DNA from: Escherichia phage vB_EcoM-Sa45lw
Length of the DNA: 64,000 bases
Strand: one strand, 5' to 3'
Sequence record: MK977694.1
Position 1 is the stretch's first letter. Each line of letters begins with the position of its first letter. Positions 8,931-19,033 of this stretch are shown here, in pieces. The notes under the pieces were generated by a model that saw only the letters and a list, made by a program, of their open reading frames with translations, had not been told where the DNA came from and did not search any database. The translations under genes were made by a program, and so were the position numbers.

Positions 8931-10744
8931 TGGTGTTTAACCCTATGCATGATTTCTTTATTTTTACCGAGATTAAATCCACGTTCGTTCGGATTTCCCA
9001 AATAACCACATGTTCTTCTTATTGTGTTCATCTTTTTAGGATCAGTTTCTCCACAGATAGAACAAACAAATCCGTTTTCAGTAGGAGTCATTTCATGGGT
9101 ACTTCCGCATGTAAAACATTTATCTACCGGCATATTAACACCAAAATAATCTAAATGTTGTGCAGCATAATCCCAGACAGCCTCAAGACCCTTTAAATTG
9201 TTTTTCATATCTGGAAGTTCAACATAAGAAATGTGACCGCCTGTCGCAATGAAATGATACGGCGCTTCGCGAGAAATCTTTTCAAACGGAGTAATATTTT
9301 CTTCTACTGAAACATGGAAACTGTTAGTGTACCAGCCTTTATCGGTAACATCCTTTACACTTCCATATTTTTCGGTATCGAGTTTACAGAAGCGATAACA
9401 AAGGTTTTCAGCAGGAGTCGAATATAAACTAAAAGCAAATCCGGTTCTTTCAGTCCACTGCTTAAGACGAGCATTCATTTTAGTTAAAATTTCTTGTCCA
9501 ATATCACGACCGACAAGAATATTCAATTCATGAATACCAATGTATCCTAAAGACACTGAACTTCTGCCGTTTTTAAATAACTCAATTATATCGTCATCAG
9601 GTTTAAGACGAACCCCGAATGCACCTTCTTGGTAAAGAATAGGAGCAACAGTCGCTTTAACTCCTTTTAAGGAACTAATTCTACACATCAAAGCTTCAAA
9701 ACATAAATCCATTCGCTCATTGAACAATTCGATAAATTTCTGTTCATTGAACTGTGTTCCAATATAAGAATCTAATGCGATACGAGGAAGATTCAGTGTT
9801 ACAACACCAAGATTATTACGGCCGTCAAGAATTTCATTACCGGTTGAATCTTTCCACACGCTCAAGAAACTACGACAACCCATTGGAGAAACAGGAATAG
9901 ATGAGCCAGTGATAGCTTTATTGTTCTTAGCTGAAATAATATCAGGATACATTCTTTTGCTTGCGCACTCTAGAGCAAGCTGTTTAATATCATAGTTCGG
10001 GTCGTCTTTATAAAGATTAACACCTTCTTCAACGAACATAACAAGCTTAGGGAAAATAGGAGTTATCCCATCACGACCGAGACCTTTAATACGATTTTTC
10101 AGAATTGCTTTCTGAATCATTCGTTCAGTCCAGTCAGTTCCCGTACCAAATGTAATTGTTACAAAAGGAGTCTGTCCGTTTGAACTAAAGAGAGTATTTA
10201 CTTCATATTCATAAGCTTGGAATGCATCGTATACGTCTTTTTCTGTTTTAGATTGAGCATAATTCAACGCATCAGCGATTTGCCATTTTTCTGCATCTTC
10301 AATATGTTTTGCATAGGTGCGTTTAACATAAGGAGAAAGTACTTTATCTACATTAGCAAAAGTCGTTCCGCCGTATTGATGGGAAGCAACCTGTGCAGTA
10401 ATTTGTGCCATAATTGCAGTAGCAACACCGATTGATTTAGGAGTTTCAATCTGCGCATTACCTAGCTTAAATCCGTTCTCAAGCATTCCTTTTAAATCTA
10501 CTAAACAACAATTAGTAAATGGAAGAGCAGGGGAATAATCAATATCATGGAAATGAATAATTCCGCTTTCATGCGCTTTCATAATAAAAGACGGGACCAT
10601 ATTTTTGGCAATGTGCTTAGACACAATACCAGCCATAAGGTCCCGTTGAGTTGGAAAAACACGAGAATCTTTATTAGCATTCTCGTTTAAAAGGTCTTTA
10701 TTAGTTTTATGAATCAATCCTTCAATTTCTTTTTCAATTGTCAT
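8927..10744 (-). CDS. nrdD: Anaerobic ribonucleoside-triphosphate reductase (glycyl-radical enzyme), uninterrupted
   Basis: 605 aa; C-terminal glycyl-radical motif RTCGYLG and Zn-ribbon CxxC..CxxC; single continuous ORF, no intron. Confidence 0.93.
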   Translation of the reverse strand: MTIEKEIEGLIHKTNKDLLNENANKDSRVFPTQRDLMAGIVSKHIAKNMVPSFIMKAHESGIIHFHDIDYSPALPFTNCCLVDLKGMLENGFKLGNAQIETPKSIGVATAIMAQITAQVASHQYGGTTFANVDKVLSPYVKRTYAKHIEDAEKWQIADALNYAQSKTEKDVYDAFQAYEYEVNTLFSSNGQTPFVTITFGTGTDWTERMIQKAILKNRIKGLGRDGITPIFPKLVMFVEEGVNLYKDDPNYDIKQLALECASKRMYPDIISAKNNKAITGSSIPVSPMGCRSFLSVWKDSTGNEILDGRNNLGVVTLNLPRIALDSYIGTQFNEQKFIELFNERMDLCFEALMCRISSLKGVKATVAPILYQEGAFGVRLKPDDDIIELFKNGRSSVSLGYIGIHELNILVGRDIGQEILTKMNARLKQWTERTGFAFSLYSTPAENLCYRFCKLDTEKYGSVKDVTDKGWYTNSFHVSVEENITPFEKISREAPYHFIATGGHISYVELPDMKNNLKGLEAVWDYAAQHLDYFGVNMPVDKCFTCGSTHEMTPTENGFVCSICGETDPKKMNTIRRTCGYLGNPNERGFNLGKNKEIMHRVKHQ

Positions 10745-11214
10745 TTTAAACTCTTTCTAAGCTGCTTCTTAAATGAAGCTATTAATTGTGTTTTGGTGTC
10801 AGATTCATTATATTCAAATCCTCTTTGAAGCATCTCGGCCATCATTTCCTCTTTTCCTAAACGAGAAAATTCCTTTGATTTATCTCCAACAAAGTTAGGG
10901 TGAATATTATTTTTGGTGTAATCGGATTTTAAATAAGTAAGTAAATTTTCTAACCATTCAAGATAATCAACACCTTGTCCCTTTAAGCCAGAACGATTAA
11001 ATTTATGCTTCATTTGACCTTCTGCGGCATTACAGAGATTACAAAGCAATCCACGCACCTTTCCTGCTTTCGGTCCATTTAATTCATGGTCATGGTCGAG
11101 GTGATTAGCTTGAACATCAGGATTTAGTTCTCGTTGGCAAATTAAACATTTACCATTTTGTGCATCATAAAATTTCTGTTTTTCTTCTTTGTATAATTTG
11201 CCAGTCAATAACAT
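10741..11214 (-). CDS. 49: Endonuclease VII (Holliday junction resolvase)
   Basis: 157 aa; Zn-binding CLICQ...CNLCN and HLDHDH motif; matches T4 gp49 length and position. Confidence 0.9.
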   Translation of the reverse strand: MLLTGKLYKEEKQKFYDAQNGKCLICQRELNPDVQANHLDHDHELNGPKAGKVRGLLCNLCNAAEGQMKHKFNRSGLKGQGVDYLEWLENLLTYLKSDYTKNNIHPNFVGDKSKEFSRLGKEEMMAEMLQRGFEYNESDTKTQLIASFKKQLRKSLK

Positions 11215-11431
11215 AATAAACCCTTACCTTAAATAGATAAGGGTATTTATTATTTTCAAGTATTGTAAAAGGCTCGATGCAATCGCTTATACTGCCGAAT
11301 CATCTTTTTAGTAGGACGAGAATAGGTTCCTACGCAAGTGGTCATATGAGGGTCCGTAGAATGTCCTTTAATAAAAAGTTTCCAAACCTTACCGCCATTT
11401 AACTTTTCAGTATAAATCAATTCAGTTTTCA

Positions 11432-11878
11432 TTAAAACGCTCGGTCAGAAAAAGATTTTTGAGTTTCAAGCCATTCAATATATTCTGCGGCAGCTTGCAT
11501 CAGGTTACCTTCATAGCCATCGTTATTTTCTTGCGCAGCTAATTTAGCTAATGCGTATGAAATACGTTCACCTTGAAAATCGGCTTTAGGCTTCTGAACA
11601 ACTTGATTAGTTCGCTCTACAACTTCTTCAATTTCGCCATTTTCGACTGATTCAGTATTCCACAAGCACCAATACGTAATTGGCTTATCGTAGATGTTAA
11701 TAATCTTTCCATCAGAAAGTTCAATTTCAATAATTCCAGTGTCAGGCTCTATATCATCTTCACATTCTTTTGCAAGTTCACGAACTTTAAAGACAGTACC
11801 TGCGCTAAGTTCCGGCCAGTAATTACACAGCCCTGTATCAGCACGATTAATTCTAAACCACTTATCTACTGTAATCAT
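11432..11878 (-). CDS. Hypothetical protein (148 aa from ATG)
   Basis: ORF track 11432..11896 begins at TTG; ATG at 11878 preceded by GGAG. Confidence 0.5.
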   Translation of the reverse strand: MITVDKWFRINRADTGLCNYWPELSAGTVFKVRELAKECEDDIEPDTGIIEIELSDGKIINIYDKPITYWCLWNTESVENGEIEEVVERTNQVVQKPKADFQGERISYALAKLAAQENNDGYEGNLMQAAAEYIEWLETQKSFSDRAF

Positions 11879-12001
11879 GTCCCATCTCCATATCAATTAA
11901 GTCATTTATCGTTGGTTCATTATATATTGTTTCTTCATCAGTGTAAACCGGTTCTTCCGGCTCTGGCTCTGCAGTTTCCCATCTAGCCGCCCACCAAGGT
12001 T

Positions 12002-12322
12002 TTATAGCGTAATCCATTCTCGTACTATCTGAGTTACTACACGTTCACGGGGCTCGACTAGTTCAACAGTCGGAACTGCATAATACCAGTCAGAATGATA
12101 AGAACCTGACCGAGATTCATTTACCGCTACATGTACATTATGTTTTGGACTAAAGTAAACACACTGACGATATTGACATTTACCATCTTGCACCCAGTCT
12201 TCTATTTCGACAGGTTTAAGATAATCGGAAAAATCGAAATCATAGTTTTCCGAAAATGCATCATGGTCTTCAATGATTTCGCTCAGAACTGCATCAACAT
12301 CTAATTTATTTTCAATAGTCAT
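12002..12322 (-). CDS. Hypothetical protein (106 aa)
   Basis: ORF track; ATG start. Confidence 0.5.
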   Translation of the reverse strand: MTIENKLDVDAVLSEIIEDHDAFSENYDFDFSDYLKPVEIEDWVQDGKCQYRQCVYFSPKHNVHVAVNESRSGSYHSDWYYAVPTVELVEPRERVVTQIVREWITL

Positions 12323-12332
12323 TTTTCACCAA

Positions 12333-12542
12333 TTAATTTCGCAATTTATTAAGTTCTTCATCATCAATCCAGGATTCTAGTCCTGATGGCAGGTCACATT
12401 CAATTTCCCAAAGAAGTTCTTCAATTTTCTGAAGACGATCTAGTTCTTCGGCTGGAATAGTAACCATTGACGGAGCTCGTGATACATTAATATCGTAAAT
12501 CATATTTACCCCAGTTTGACCATGCAATCGCCGTATTTCCAC
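12333..12542 (-). CDS. Hypothetical protein (69 aa; start uncertain)
   Basis: ORF track; GTG start, internal ATG at 12503. Confidence 0.4.
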   Translation of the reverse strand: MEIRRLHGQTGVNMIYDINVSRAPSMVTIPAEELDRLQKIEELLWEIECDLPSGLESWIDDEELNKLRN

Positions 12543-12721
12543 TTAGAAATAGACTTTTCACCATTAGAATAATAAACTTCGAGTTTAGCACGATTATTTT
12601 TAATTTGAATAACCTTGGCTGTCATCAAAGTTCCATACCCATAATAAACTGCAACCTCATCACCTACATATACCGCGCTTCCGCGGTAGTCATGGATATA
12701 ATCGGTTCCTTCGAGCATCAT
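12506..12721 (-). CDS. Hypothetical protein (71 aa)
   Basis: ORF track; start overlaps nrdC stop. Confidence 0.45.
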   Translation of the reverse strand: MMLEGTDYIHDYRGSAVYVGDEVAVYYGYGTLMTAKVIQIKNNRAKLEVYYSNGEKSISKWKYGDCMVKLG

Positions 12722-12981
12722 TTAAAGTATTCCCGCAATTGGTCAAATCCACCAATATGACTTCCATCTGGAGCGAATACCTGCGGCATTGTCAATCCAA
12801 TTTGAGTATCACGACCTAGTTTAGTCAGAAGCTCAGCGATTTTCTCATCATCAAAAACACCTTTTTCCGGCATAATGTTAATAAATTCAAACGGCTGTTT
12901 CTTCACGGTCAAAAGACGTTTTGCATTATCGCAATACACACATTTATGAATGTTGCTATCATAACCATATACTTTAAACAT
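12718..12981 (-). CDS. nrdC: Thioredoxin (glutaredoxin-like, CVYC active site)
   Basis: 87 aa MFKVYGYDSNIHKCVYCDNAKRLL... matches remembered T4 thioredoxin. Confidence 0.93.
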   Translation of the reverse strand: MFKVYGYDSNIHKCVYCDNAKRLLTVKKQPFEFINIMPEKGVFDDEKIAELLTKLGRDTQIGLTMPQVFAPDGSHIGGFDQLREYFK

Positions 12982-12982
12982 A

Positions 12983-13225
12983 TTATTCCTTAATTCCTAG
13001 TACTTGTTTAAAAGTCTCGTCGTAATCAAGACTTTGGCCCGTTTGTTCTTTATGTTTGTATATAATATCACTTACTTCTGATAGCATATTTTTGTATGAA
13101 CGAGTTACAGCAGATTTAAGCACGCTGTATCTATCAGGAAATTTACCATGTTCATTATAATAAGCTATTGCTAATTCACGGACTGCCTTTTCAGCAGCCT
13201 CCATATATTCTTTACGCTTGGTCAT
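12983..13225 (-). CDS. Hypothetical protein (80 aa)
   Basis: ORF track; ATG start. Confidence 0.5.
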   Translation of the reverse strand: MTKRKEYMEAAEKAVRELAIAYYNEHGKFPDRYSVLKSAVTRSYKNMLSEVSDIIYKHKEQTGQSLDYDETFKQVLGIKE

Positions 13226-13227
13226 TT

Positions 13228-13617
13228 TTAATCCAAAATATTATTAGGCATTGGTTGAACACTCACAAGTTCTTTAAAGAACTCAGTAGAGTCAGGCAAT
13301 TTAACCATTTCCGGAGCATGCTTACTGAATTTATGTTTACATTGACGGCATTTATATTCAAGCTCTGGTTTACGCCAGTTAATCAATTGAACTTGTTCAG
13401 TACCGCATTCAGGGCAATTAGGAACGTTTTTAGAAGCTCTTTCACGTCGTTCAACCATAGCCATAATAGCATCCCATGCTGGAGGTTTAAAATCTAAATC
13501 ATCGCAGCCGTGAATCTTTCCACGCATTTCCATATCATCTTCCTCACCAGCCATAATAATTTTAATTAGACTAGAATTACTTGAAGCTGCAATGTCTTCT
13601 AATAAACGCTTTTTCAT
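13228..13617 (-). CDS. Hypothetical protein with putative zinc ribbon (CPECG...CRQC)
   Basis: ORF track; paired CxxC motifs 18 residues apart. Confidence 0.5.
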   Translation of the reverse strand: MKKRLLEDIAASSNSSLIKIIMAGEEDDMEMRGKIHGCDDLDFKPPAWDAIMAMVERRERASKNVPNCPECGTEQVQLINWRKPELEYKCRQCKHKFSKHAPEMVKLPDSTEFFKELVSVQPMPNNILD

Positions 13618-14543
13618 TTCAATACCTCAATAGCATTACGTAAACCATTTGCTTTGGCGGTTAAAGCCTTAAGAACTTTAGTATGCTCTTCAATTTGTTT
13701 TTCAACTTCAGTCAAACGGGCATTGAGATATTCACGTTCTTCACCCAGATTATCAACCTTTTCTACTTTAGGCTCTTTTACAACTGTCTTATATGTATTA
13801 GGGTTCTTCAGTTTAATTAGAATGCGTGAACTGTATAACATTGAACCATTATCTTCGGTTTCGTCATACATTTCCACTACGTCCATAATTTTTAACATCA
13901 TGCGGAGTTTATAAGACAACGAACGAATAGTTTTGTTGTGCTTATTAATTTCTTTAGCTGTCATGGTGCCGAGATTACGTGAGTAATAATAAGGAACCTG
14001 GATATTAATTAATACTGATGAACCACCTGGCTTGTGTGTTACTTCATCAGCAATAACCCAATCCTTAACATGAACTGTATTTGTACGGTCATCGCCCGCG
14101 GTAAATAGTTTACGAGCATGCTTAAAAAGCATATTCACTTGGTCATTGAATTGACAAGCGAATTTATCAGCAAATTTAGTTTCGGGAATGGTAGATAACC
14201 AATCAGCCAAATGAGTCTTTTTAACATCGTTAACAATAGTAAATTCAACCAAATCGGTTATAGATGTCTCAGATTTAATGAAGCTCGGCTTCATAAAGTT
14301 TTTAATGTTATCGCGAGCTACAGTAGAAGATAACATACGAGAACGTTTAAACCATTCAAGCAAATTGCCTAACGAATGAGAATAAGCGTTTTGAGTATCT
14401 TTACAGATATGATTTTCCTGGCCAACATATTGAAGGAAATCACGAAGAATATTATTGATTACTGCTCTGTGTCCTATCTGATAATTACGATGTTTAGTAA
14501 TAAGACTGTCAAAATAATCAATATAATGTTTACGAGTTTTCAT
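13614..14543 (-). CDS. Coiled-coil paralog family member 1 (309 aa)
   Basis: ORF track; ATG start; C-terminal heptad-rich charged tail; first of four tandem related ORFs. Confidence 0.6.
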   Translation of the reverse strand: MKTRKHYIDYFDSLITKHRNYQIGHRAVINNILRDFLQYVGQENHICKDTQNAYSHSLGNLLEWFKRSRMLSSTVARDNIKNFMKPSFIKSETSITDLVEFTIVNDVKKTHLADWLSTIPETKFADKFACQFNDQVNMLFKHARKLFTAGDDRTNTVHVKDWVIADEVTHKPGGSSVLINIQVPYYYSRNLGTMTAKEINKHNKTIRSLSYKLRMMLKIMDVVEMYDETEDNGSMLYSSRILIKLKNPNTYKTVVKEPKVEKVDNLGEEREYLNARLTEVEKQIEEHTKVLKALTAKANGLRNAIEVLK

Positions 14544-14595
14544 GTTCTTCTCACTTGGTTAATGATTTATACTCCGAGCCATCCTTGGCTTTAAA

Positions 14596-15597
14596 TTACT
14601 TAATTAACTGTAAAGCTTGTTCAAGACGATCCAGGCGATTAACAGATTCTTCCCAAATCCTTTTAGCCTGCTCATATTCTTTCTGCGCTTTATTAGAAAT
14701 TTCTAGAACTTCTTTATAAGCTTTTTCTAGTGCAATAACTTCTGGACGAATTTCTACCGGTTCAGGTGAATCATCAAGACATTCCATTAGTTCCTCAAGG
14801 GTAGTTTCTTCTTTAGGAGTATTCACAATTTCATCACATTTTTGTTGGTAAATTTCTTTACTAGTAGGTGAATAAGTACATTTCACTTCACGAAGACTAA
14901 CTACAATTTTATATCCTTCCCAACCGCATATATTCTTAAAAGGATATGTATGAATATTTTCTACTGTTTCCATACAAAGTAATGCGGTCTCTAATTGACG
15001 AGTTATAGTGCTAGCAATTGAGAAAAATTTATTAATGTTCTTTTGGTTAGTTTCTGGTGTAAAAAATCCATAATTCACAAAAATAGCTACTTTATTTTTA
15101 TCAAGTTCATATTCTTTTATGATAATCATATCAGAAGCCAAAGGATGAATTTGACGATAATCGCCATAACATAATTTAGAAGCTGATTTTAGAATTTGCT
15201 TCTTGAAAAGTCTGAAATTACTAATCCAACGACGAGTAAAAATATTCTCAGGGTCTTCTTTATTATTGAGATGATAAGAATTAACATCACCGAACCAATT
15301 ATATCCTACTACATCTTTAGTTCGTTTAATTTCTTTCCCAAAATTACCAAGAATATCCCGATTAACCAAATATGAAAGAAGACGAGACTCTTTAAAGGTT
15401 TTCTTGATAACATCTTTATCTACACGGCTAGAAATTTTACGAATTTCATGAATAAATTTAGTAGAAGAAACAATACTTGCATCAACACTATTGAGCCATT
15501 GATTGATAATAGAAAGAACGATATTTTGACCAAACATCGGTATAGCTTTATCATCAATAACGCTATTGAATGATTTGATATATTCGTTACGAGTCAT
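14596..15597 (-). CDS. Coiled-coil paralog family member 2 (333 aa from ATG)
   Basis: ATG at 15597 preceded by GAGGA and early promoter; shares motif with member 3; C-terminal coiled coil. Confidence 0.6.
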   Translation of the reverse strand: MTRNEYIKSFNSVIDDKAIPMFGQNIVLSIINQWLNSVDASIVSSTKFIHEIRKISSRVDKDVIKKTFKESRLLSYLVNRDILGNFGKEIKRTKDVVGYNWFGDVNSYHLNNKEDPENIFTRRWISNFRLFKKQILKSASKLCYGDYRQIHPLASDMIIIKEYELDKNKVAIFVNYGFFTPETNQKNINKFFSIASTITRQLETALLCMETVENIHTYPFKNICGWEGYKIVVSLREVKCTYSPTSKEIYQQKCDEIVNTPKEETTLEELMECLDDSPEPVEIRPEVIALEKAYKEVLEISNKAQKEYEQAKRIWEESVNRLDRLEQALQLIK

Positions 15598-15625
15598 AAT
15601 AATCTCCTCAGTAGAAAGTAAGAAC

Positions 15626-15655
15626 ATTATACCACATCCTTGTGGTAAAGTAAAC
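15626..15655 (-). promoter_or_regulatory. T4-type early promoter (GTTTAC, 18 bp, TATAAT) for paralog 2
   Basis: Minus strand: actaGTTTACtttaccacaaggatgtggTATAATgttc; -35 overlaps stop of upstream gene. Confidence 0.6.
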
Positions 15656-16674
15656 TAGTTCAGTGCATTTAATGCATTGTTCAGTTTAGAACGTTGCTTC
15701 GTGAGATTTTTGACTTTTTCTTGTGCTTTTTCTAGCATCTTTTCAGCTTCTAACACTTCATTGGTCGCTTTAACGAGTTCATCATCTACTGCCTTAAGGG
15801 ACTTCTCAATCGCATCCGCGTGCCATTTTTCAACAGGTTTAAGACTCGGATTTTCAATAGGAAGAAAATTCACTTTATTGAATTTCCATGCATCTTTATT
15901 ACCTGAACTATACATCCAAAATTTAGGATCATTTGACGAGTAATTAGATAAATTTAAGGTATCTTGTACTTCCTGCTTTTTCTCTTGTGTAACTTCGTCC
16001 TTTCTCAAAAAATCGTATTTAAATGAAACGATCATATCAAGTTCATATGTTGTTGTGTCTAATTTAAATCGTTCGAAATGCTGTGAAATCTTAGACTGAA
16101 CTGCAGCAACAACATCCATATACTTAAATGCTTCTGTCAGCTGTGATTTAAGGCATTCACAAATTGAAAGAGAATTTTTTGTATTAGGTTTAAAGCTAAT
16201 TCGTGCAGTTCTATTATTTTCTTTTAATGGTCTTACTTCCATCTGAAGAGTATAACCATCAAATTTCAGATTCTTTAAGTTAATATCAGAGCCTTTTAAT
16301 CGACTAGCCGTCGACAAAATTTGCTTTAATTGTTTACGGAATAGAGCAATAAATCTCCACTCAAGACGATAATGATTTGGATTAAAAAATCCAGATGATA
16401 AATCGACCTTACTCTGACCAACACCTTGAACAAACAGAGGATTTTTATAATCAATAGTTTTACAGAAATCGGTGAGCTGCTCACGAGCAGTCATTTGTGT
16501 AATATACCCCGCTTTACTAAAATGACGTAACCATTCACTGCTATTCATATATTTAAAGTGAATATCACGATTAACTTTATCAGGGTCTAAATTATTTTGG
16601 CACAAAAATGTCATAACATCACGAGTATAGCTGGCATTACGAACCATATCTTCAATTTGAGAACGAGTTTTCAT
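15655..16674 (-). CDS. Coiled-coil paralog family member 3 (339 aa)
   Basis: ORF track; ATG start with AAGGA; C-terminal coiled coil. Confidence 0.6.
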   Translation of the reverse strand: MKTRSQIEDMVRNASYTRDVMTFLCQNNLDPDKVNRDIHFKYMNSSEWLRHFSKAGYITQMTAREQLTDFCKTIDYKNPLFVQGVGQSKVDLSSGFFNPNHYRLEWRFIALFRKQLKQILSTASRLKGSDINLKNLKFDGYTLQMEVRPLKENNRTARISFKPNTKNSLSICECLKSQLTEAFKYMDVVAAVQSKISQHFERFKLDTTTYELDMIVSFKYDFLRKDEVTQEKKQEVQDTLNLSNYSSNDPKFWMYSSGNKDAWKFNKVNFLPIENPSLKPVEKWHADAIEKSLKAVDDELVKATNEVLEAEKMLEKAQEKVKNLTKQRSKLNNALNALN

Positions 16675-16682
16675 GGTGTTCC

Positions 16683-17570
16683 TTAAGATTTAAGTAAATC
16701 AACAATTTTAATTAACTTTTCACGCTCAGATTTAGCTTTACTACTCAATCCAGATAGTCTGAAAATTTCATCGTCATATTGTTGAATAGAAATATTTAGC
16801 TCTTCAATTTGCTTATTAAAATAATCAATTTGTTCAGAATGTTTTTCGTTACTACGAACTGGTACAGGTTTTGTAGGAAATTTAGTTAAACTGGATTCAT
16901 CCGGGCGATAAATTAAAATGCAATTTGAACCAATCGGGCATTTAGCACCAGATGAATATTCTAACGTTCCAGCTTCTTTTAAAACTTCAAAAGCTAAACA
17001 GAGATGATGCCCCATATTAACATAATCTGTAGAGCGAGCTCTGATATAATAATCATCGCCGCGAATACTAAATTTAAAGCATTTAAGGTCTTCTGTATTA
17101 TTGGTCTTAAAAATCATTTGTTTATCTAGACCTTTAGCTAATCGAGCGCCTAATGCTAATAATCGTCGTTGATTTTCCCACAAATCTGCGATCATTTGGT
17201 CAAATGATAATTTCGGCATTAATCGACCATAAAGGTCATATCCTTTATTATAATTGCGAAGAATTTCACTTGCATTAATACGAGACAATGCTCCAATTTT
17301 ATTAAGGGCTTTCATAATGCGATTAGATAAACCCATTCCAGACCCGTTTGTTCGCTGTAAATGTTTTTCTAATCCAAATCCAATATCAACTTTAAACTTA
17401 TCTAAAATTTCTGTATGAACATCTCTGTCAATAACATTCAAATCCAAAGTTGGGTTAAATCTATGAAAAAAATTATCTGGCTCTCCACGACGAAGTACAG
17501 TCCATTCATTCAATTTTTTATTAACTAAAGATTTAATTACTGCATTGACATTATTAATTACTACTGACAT
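16683..17570 (-). CDS. Coiled-coil paralog family member 4 (295 aa from ATG)
   Basis: Track start 17591 is TTG; ATG at 17570 preceded by GAGGA; C-terminal coiled coil. Confidence 0.55.
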   Translation of the reverse strand: MSVVINNVNAVIKSLVNKKLNEWTVLRRGEPDNFFHRFNPTLDLNVIDRDVHTEILDKFKVDIGFGLEKHLQRTNGSGMGLSNRIMKALNKIGALSRINASEILRNYNKGYDLYGRLMPKLSFDQMIADLWENQRRLLALGARLAKGLDKQMIFKTNNTEDLKCFKFSIRGDDYYIRARSTDYVNMGHHLCLAFEVLKEAGTLEYSSGAKCPIGSNCILIYRPDESSLTKFPTKPVPVRSNEKHSEQIDYFNKQIEELNISIQQYDDEIFRLSGLSSKAKSEREKLIKIVDLLKS

Positions 17571-17577
17571 ATTTTCC

Positions 17578-17985
17578 TCACTCAATTTCAATTTTACTAA
17601 ATACGCAGAATATGATGGAACAGACTATATAAGCACCACACACAGATTGAACTAATACCATTCCAAAGAACCAAACAATATTATCAAACAATGTCTGTTT
17701 TACGTCGAAAGGACGTAAACTTACAGTAATATTATCACCTTTTTCTATTGAAGAATACATCTCTGGTGAAATATATTCGCTAAATCTATAACCGTCTTTA
17801 AGTTCATATACAGCAATAAACGATAAACTAGACCCCTTTCCTTGAGTTCCTGTAAAGGTATTAACTACAGTAACATCATAATCTTTATAATGCATATAAT
17901 CATTAATTGCGTAATAACCATATGCAATTACTATACATAAACAACATATCAATAAATTCAATCTTTTAATTATCAACTGTTTCAT
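17578..17985 (-). CDS. Hypothetical membrane protein (135 aa, N- and C-terminal hydrophobic helices)
   Basis: ORF track; ATG start; hydrophobic LLICCLCIVIAYGYYAI and FFGMVLVQSVCGAYIVCSIIF. Confidence 0.55.
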   Translation of the reverse strand: MKQLIIKRLNLLICCLCIVIAYGYYAINDYMHYKDYDVTVVNTFTGTQGKGSSLSFIAVYELKDGYRFSEYISPEMYSSIEKGDNITVSLRPFDVKQTLFDNIVWFFGMVLVQSVCGAYIVCSIIFCVFSKIEIE

Positions 17986-18040
17986 AATAATCTCAATTAA
18001 AAGGGCTTAGAACCATTATACCATCCTTGGTATAAAGCGG

Positions 18041-18568
18041 TTATGCGAGTACCGTCTTTAACCGTTCTTCAAATTTCCGAAGAGTATTTTGGCGTTCAGC
18101 TCTTTGCTTTTTGTAAGTTTCAATACGCTCTGAAATGAGATTGTATCGTTCATTTACTGTTTCTTTCATAAAATCAGGAATTTCACGAGAAGCTTTAATC
18201 TCGTCAAATTTATCAATAACAGCTTGCTCTTCAGCAATTAAGTTATCATACATCAAAATATCTTTCTTGATGAACTCAATATCTTCTTGAGTTACACGAG
18301 ATAATTTAGATGCTTTATCCTTTTTGTACTGTTCGTTAGTATCACGAGACCAGTGTAATGTACGATTTTTATTCGTATTCTTGTAAATTTCTACAATACC
18401 AATCTCATCGATAATAACGATCCAATTCCAACGAGATTTGTAAATTTGTCCTCCGTCAACCATGATTTCACCTCCGATTGAGATGTCATTAAAGAACTTG
18501 CTTTGTGCTTCAGATTTAAATTTACCATCATTGTAGTTTACCAAGTTGAAAATATCTTTAGCATTCAT
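18041..18568 (-). CDS. Hypothetical protein with C-terminal coiled coil (175 aa)
   Basis: ORF track; GGAGGA + ATG directly downstream of early promoter. Confidence 0.55.
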   Translation of the reverse strand: MNAKDIFNLVNYNDGKFKSEAQSKFFNDISIGGEIMVDGGQIYKSRWNWIVIIDEIGIVEIYKNTNKNRTLHWSRDTNEQYKKDKASKLSRVTQEDIEFIKKDILMYDNLIAEEQAVIDKFDEIKASREIPDFMKETVNERYNLISERIETYKKQRAERQNTLRKFEERLKTVLA

Positions 18569-18595
18569 TTTTGTTCCTCCGTAGTTGATAGTTGT

Positions 18596-18625
18596 ATAGT
18601 ACCACAGAGGAATGGTCTTGTAAAC
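18596..18625 (-). promoter_or_regulatory. T4-type early promoter (GTTTAC, 18 bp, TACTAT)
   Basis: Minus strand: tagttGTTTACaagaccattcctctgtggTACTATacaac. Confidence 0.6.
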
Positions 18626-18627
18626 AA

Positions 18628-18930
18628 CTAAAAGAAACTTCTTTCACAATTTTTTCCACTGAACCAAGCGCTCACTGCTTTCTTAGTCTCAGGAGCAGTG
18701 TTATCCATAAACCATTCAAAGGCAGCCTTTTTATGATTCTGGAGGGCTTCTCGGGCTTTAATCTGCTCACGGTCTATTAACACTAACATATGAGCCTTTC
18801 TTGTCACCAAAGGCTTCTTATGATTTTTTGAATACTCCCAATCATTTGTCCAACGCATTGTCGTTGCGAACTGATGAACCGCGTCTTTAATTTTAGTTTC
18901 ATAAATTTCACGAGCTTTTGAGTATAACAT
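18628..18930 (-). CDS. Hypothetical protein (100 aa from second ATG)
   Basis: ORF track 18628..18942; second ATG has GGAGGT 4 nt upstream. Confidence 0.5.
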   Translation of the reverse strand: MLYSKAREIYETKIKDAVHQFATTMRWTNDWEYSKNHKKPLVTRKAHMLVLIDREQIKAREALQNHKKAAFEWFMDNTAPETKKAVSAWFSGKNCERSFF

Positions 18931-19033
18931 CTTTACCTCCATTTACCAGTTTAATTCTAGTCATCTTTTTAATGGGCAGTCCATAATAATCTATTTCTGA
19001 ACTGCCTTTTTGTCTTAGAAGTCCTCTTATGAA

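Noticed and set aside
8160-10435. Plus-strand ORFs 8160..8357, 8930..9154, 10217..10435 and minus-strand 8354..8578
   Set aside because: Antisense or out-of-frame overlaps with nrdG/nrdD and the neighbouring small gene
13168-15943. Plus-strand ORFs 13168..13497, 13654..13914, 14376..14594, 15677..15943
   Set aside because: Antisense to the minus-strand paralog array and neighbours; no promoter or RBS
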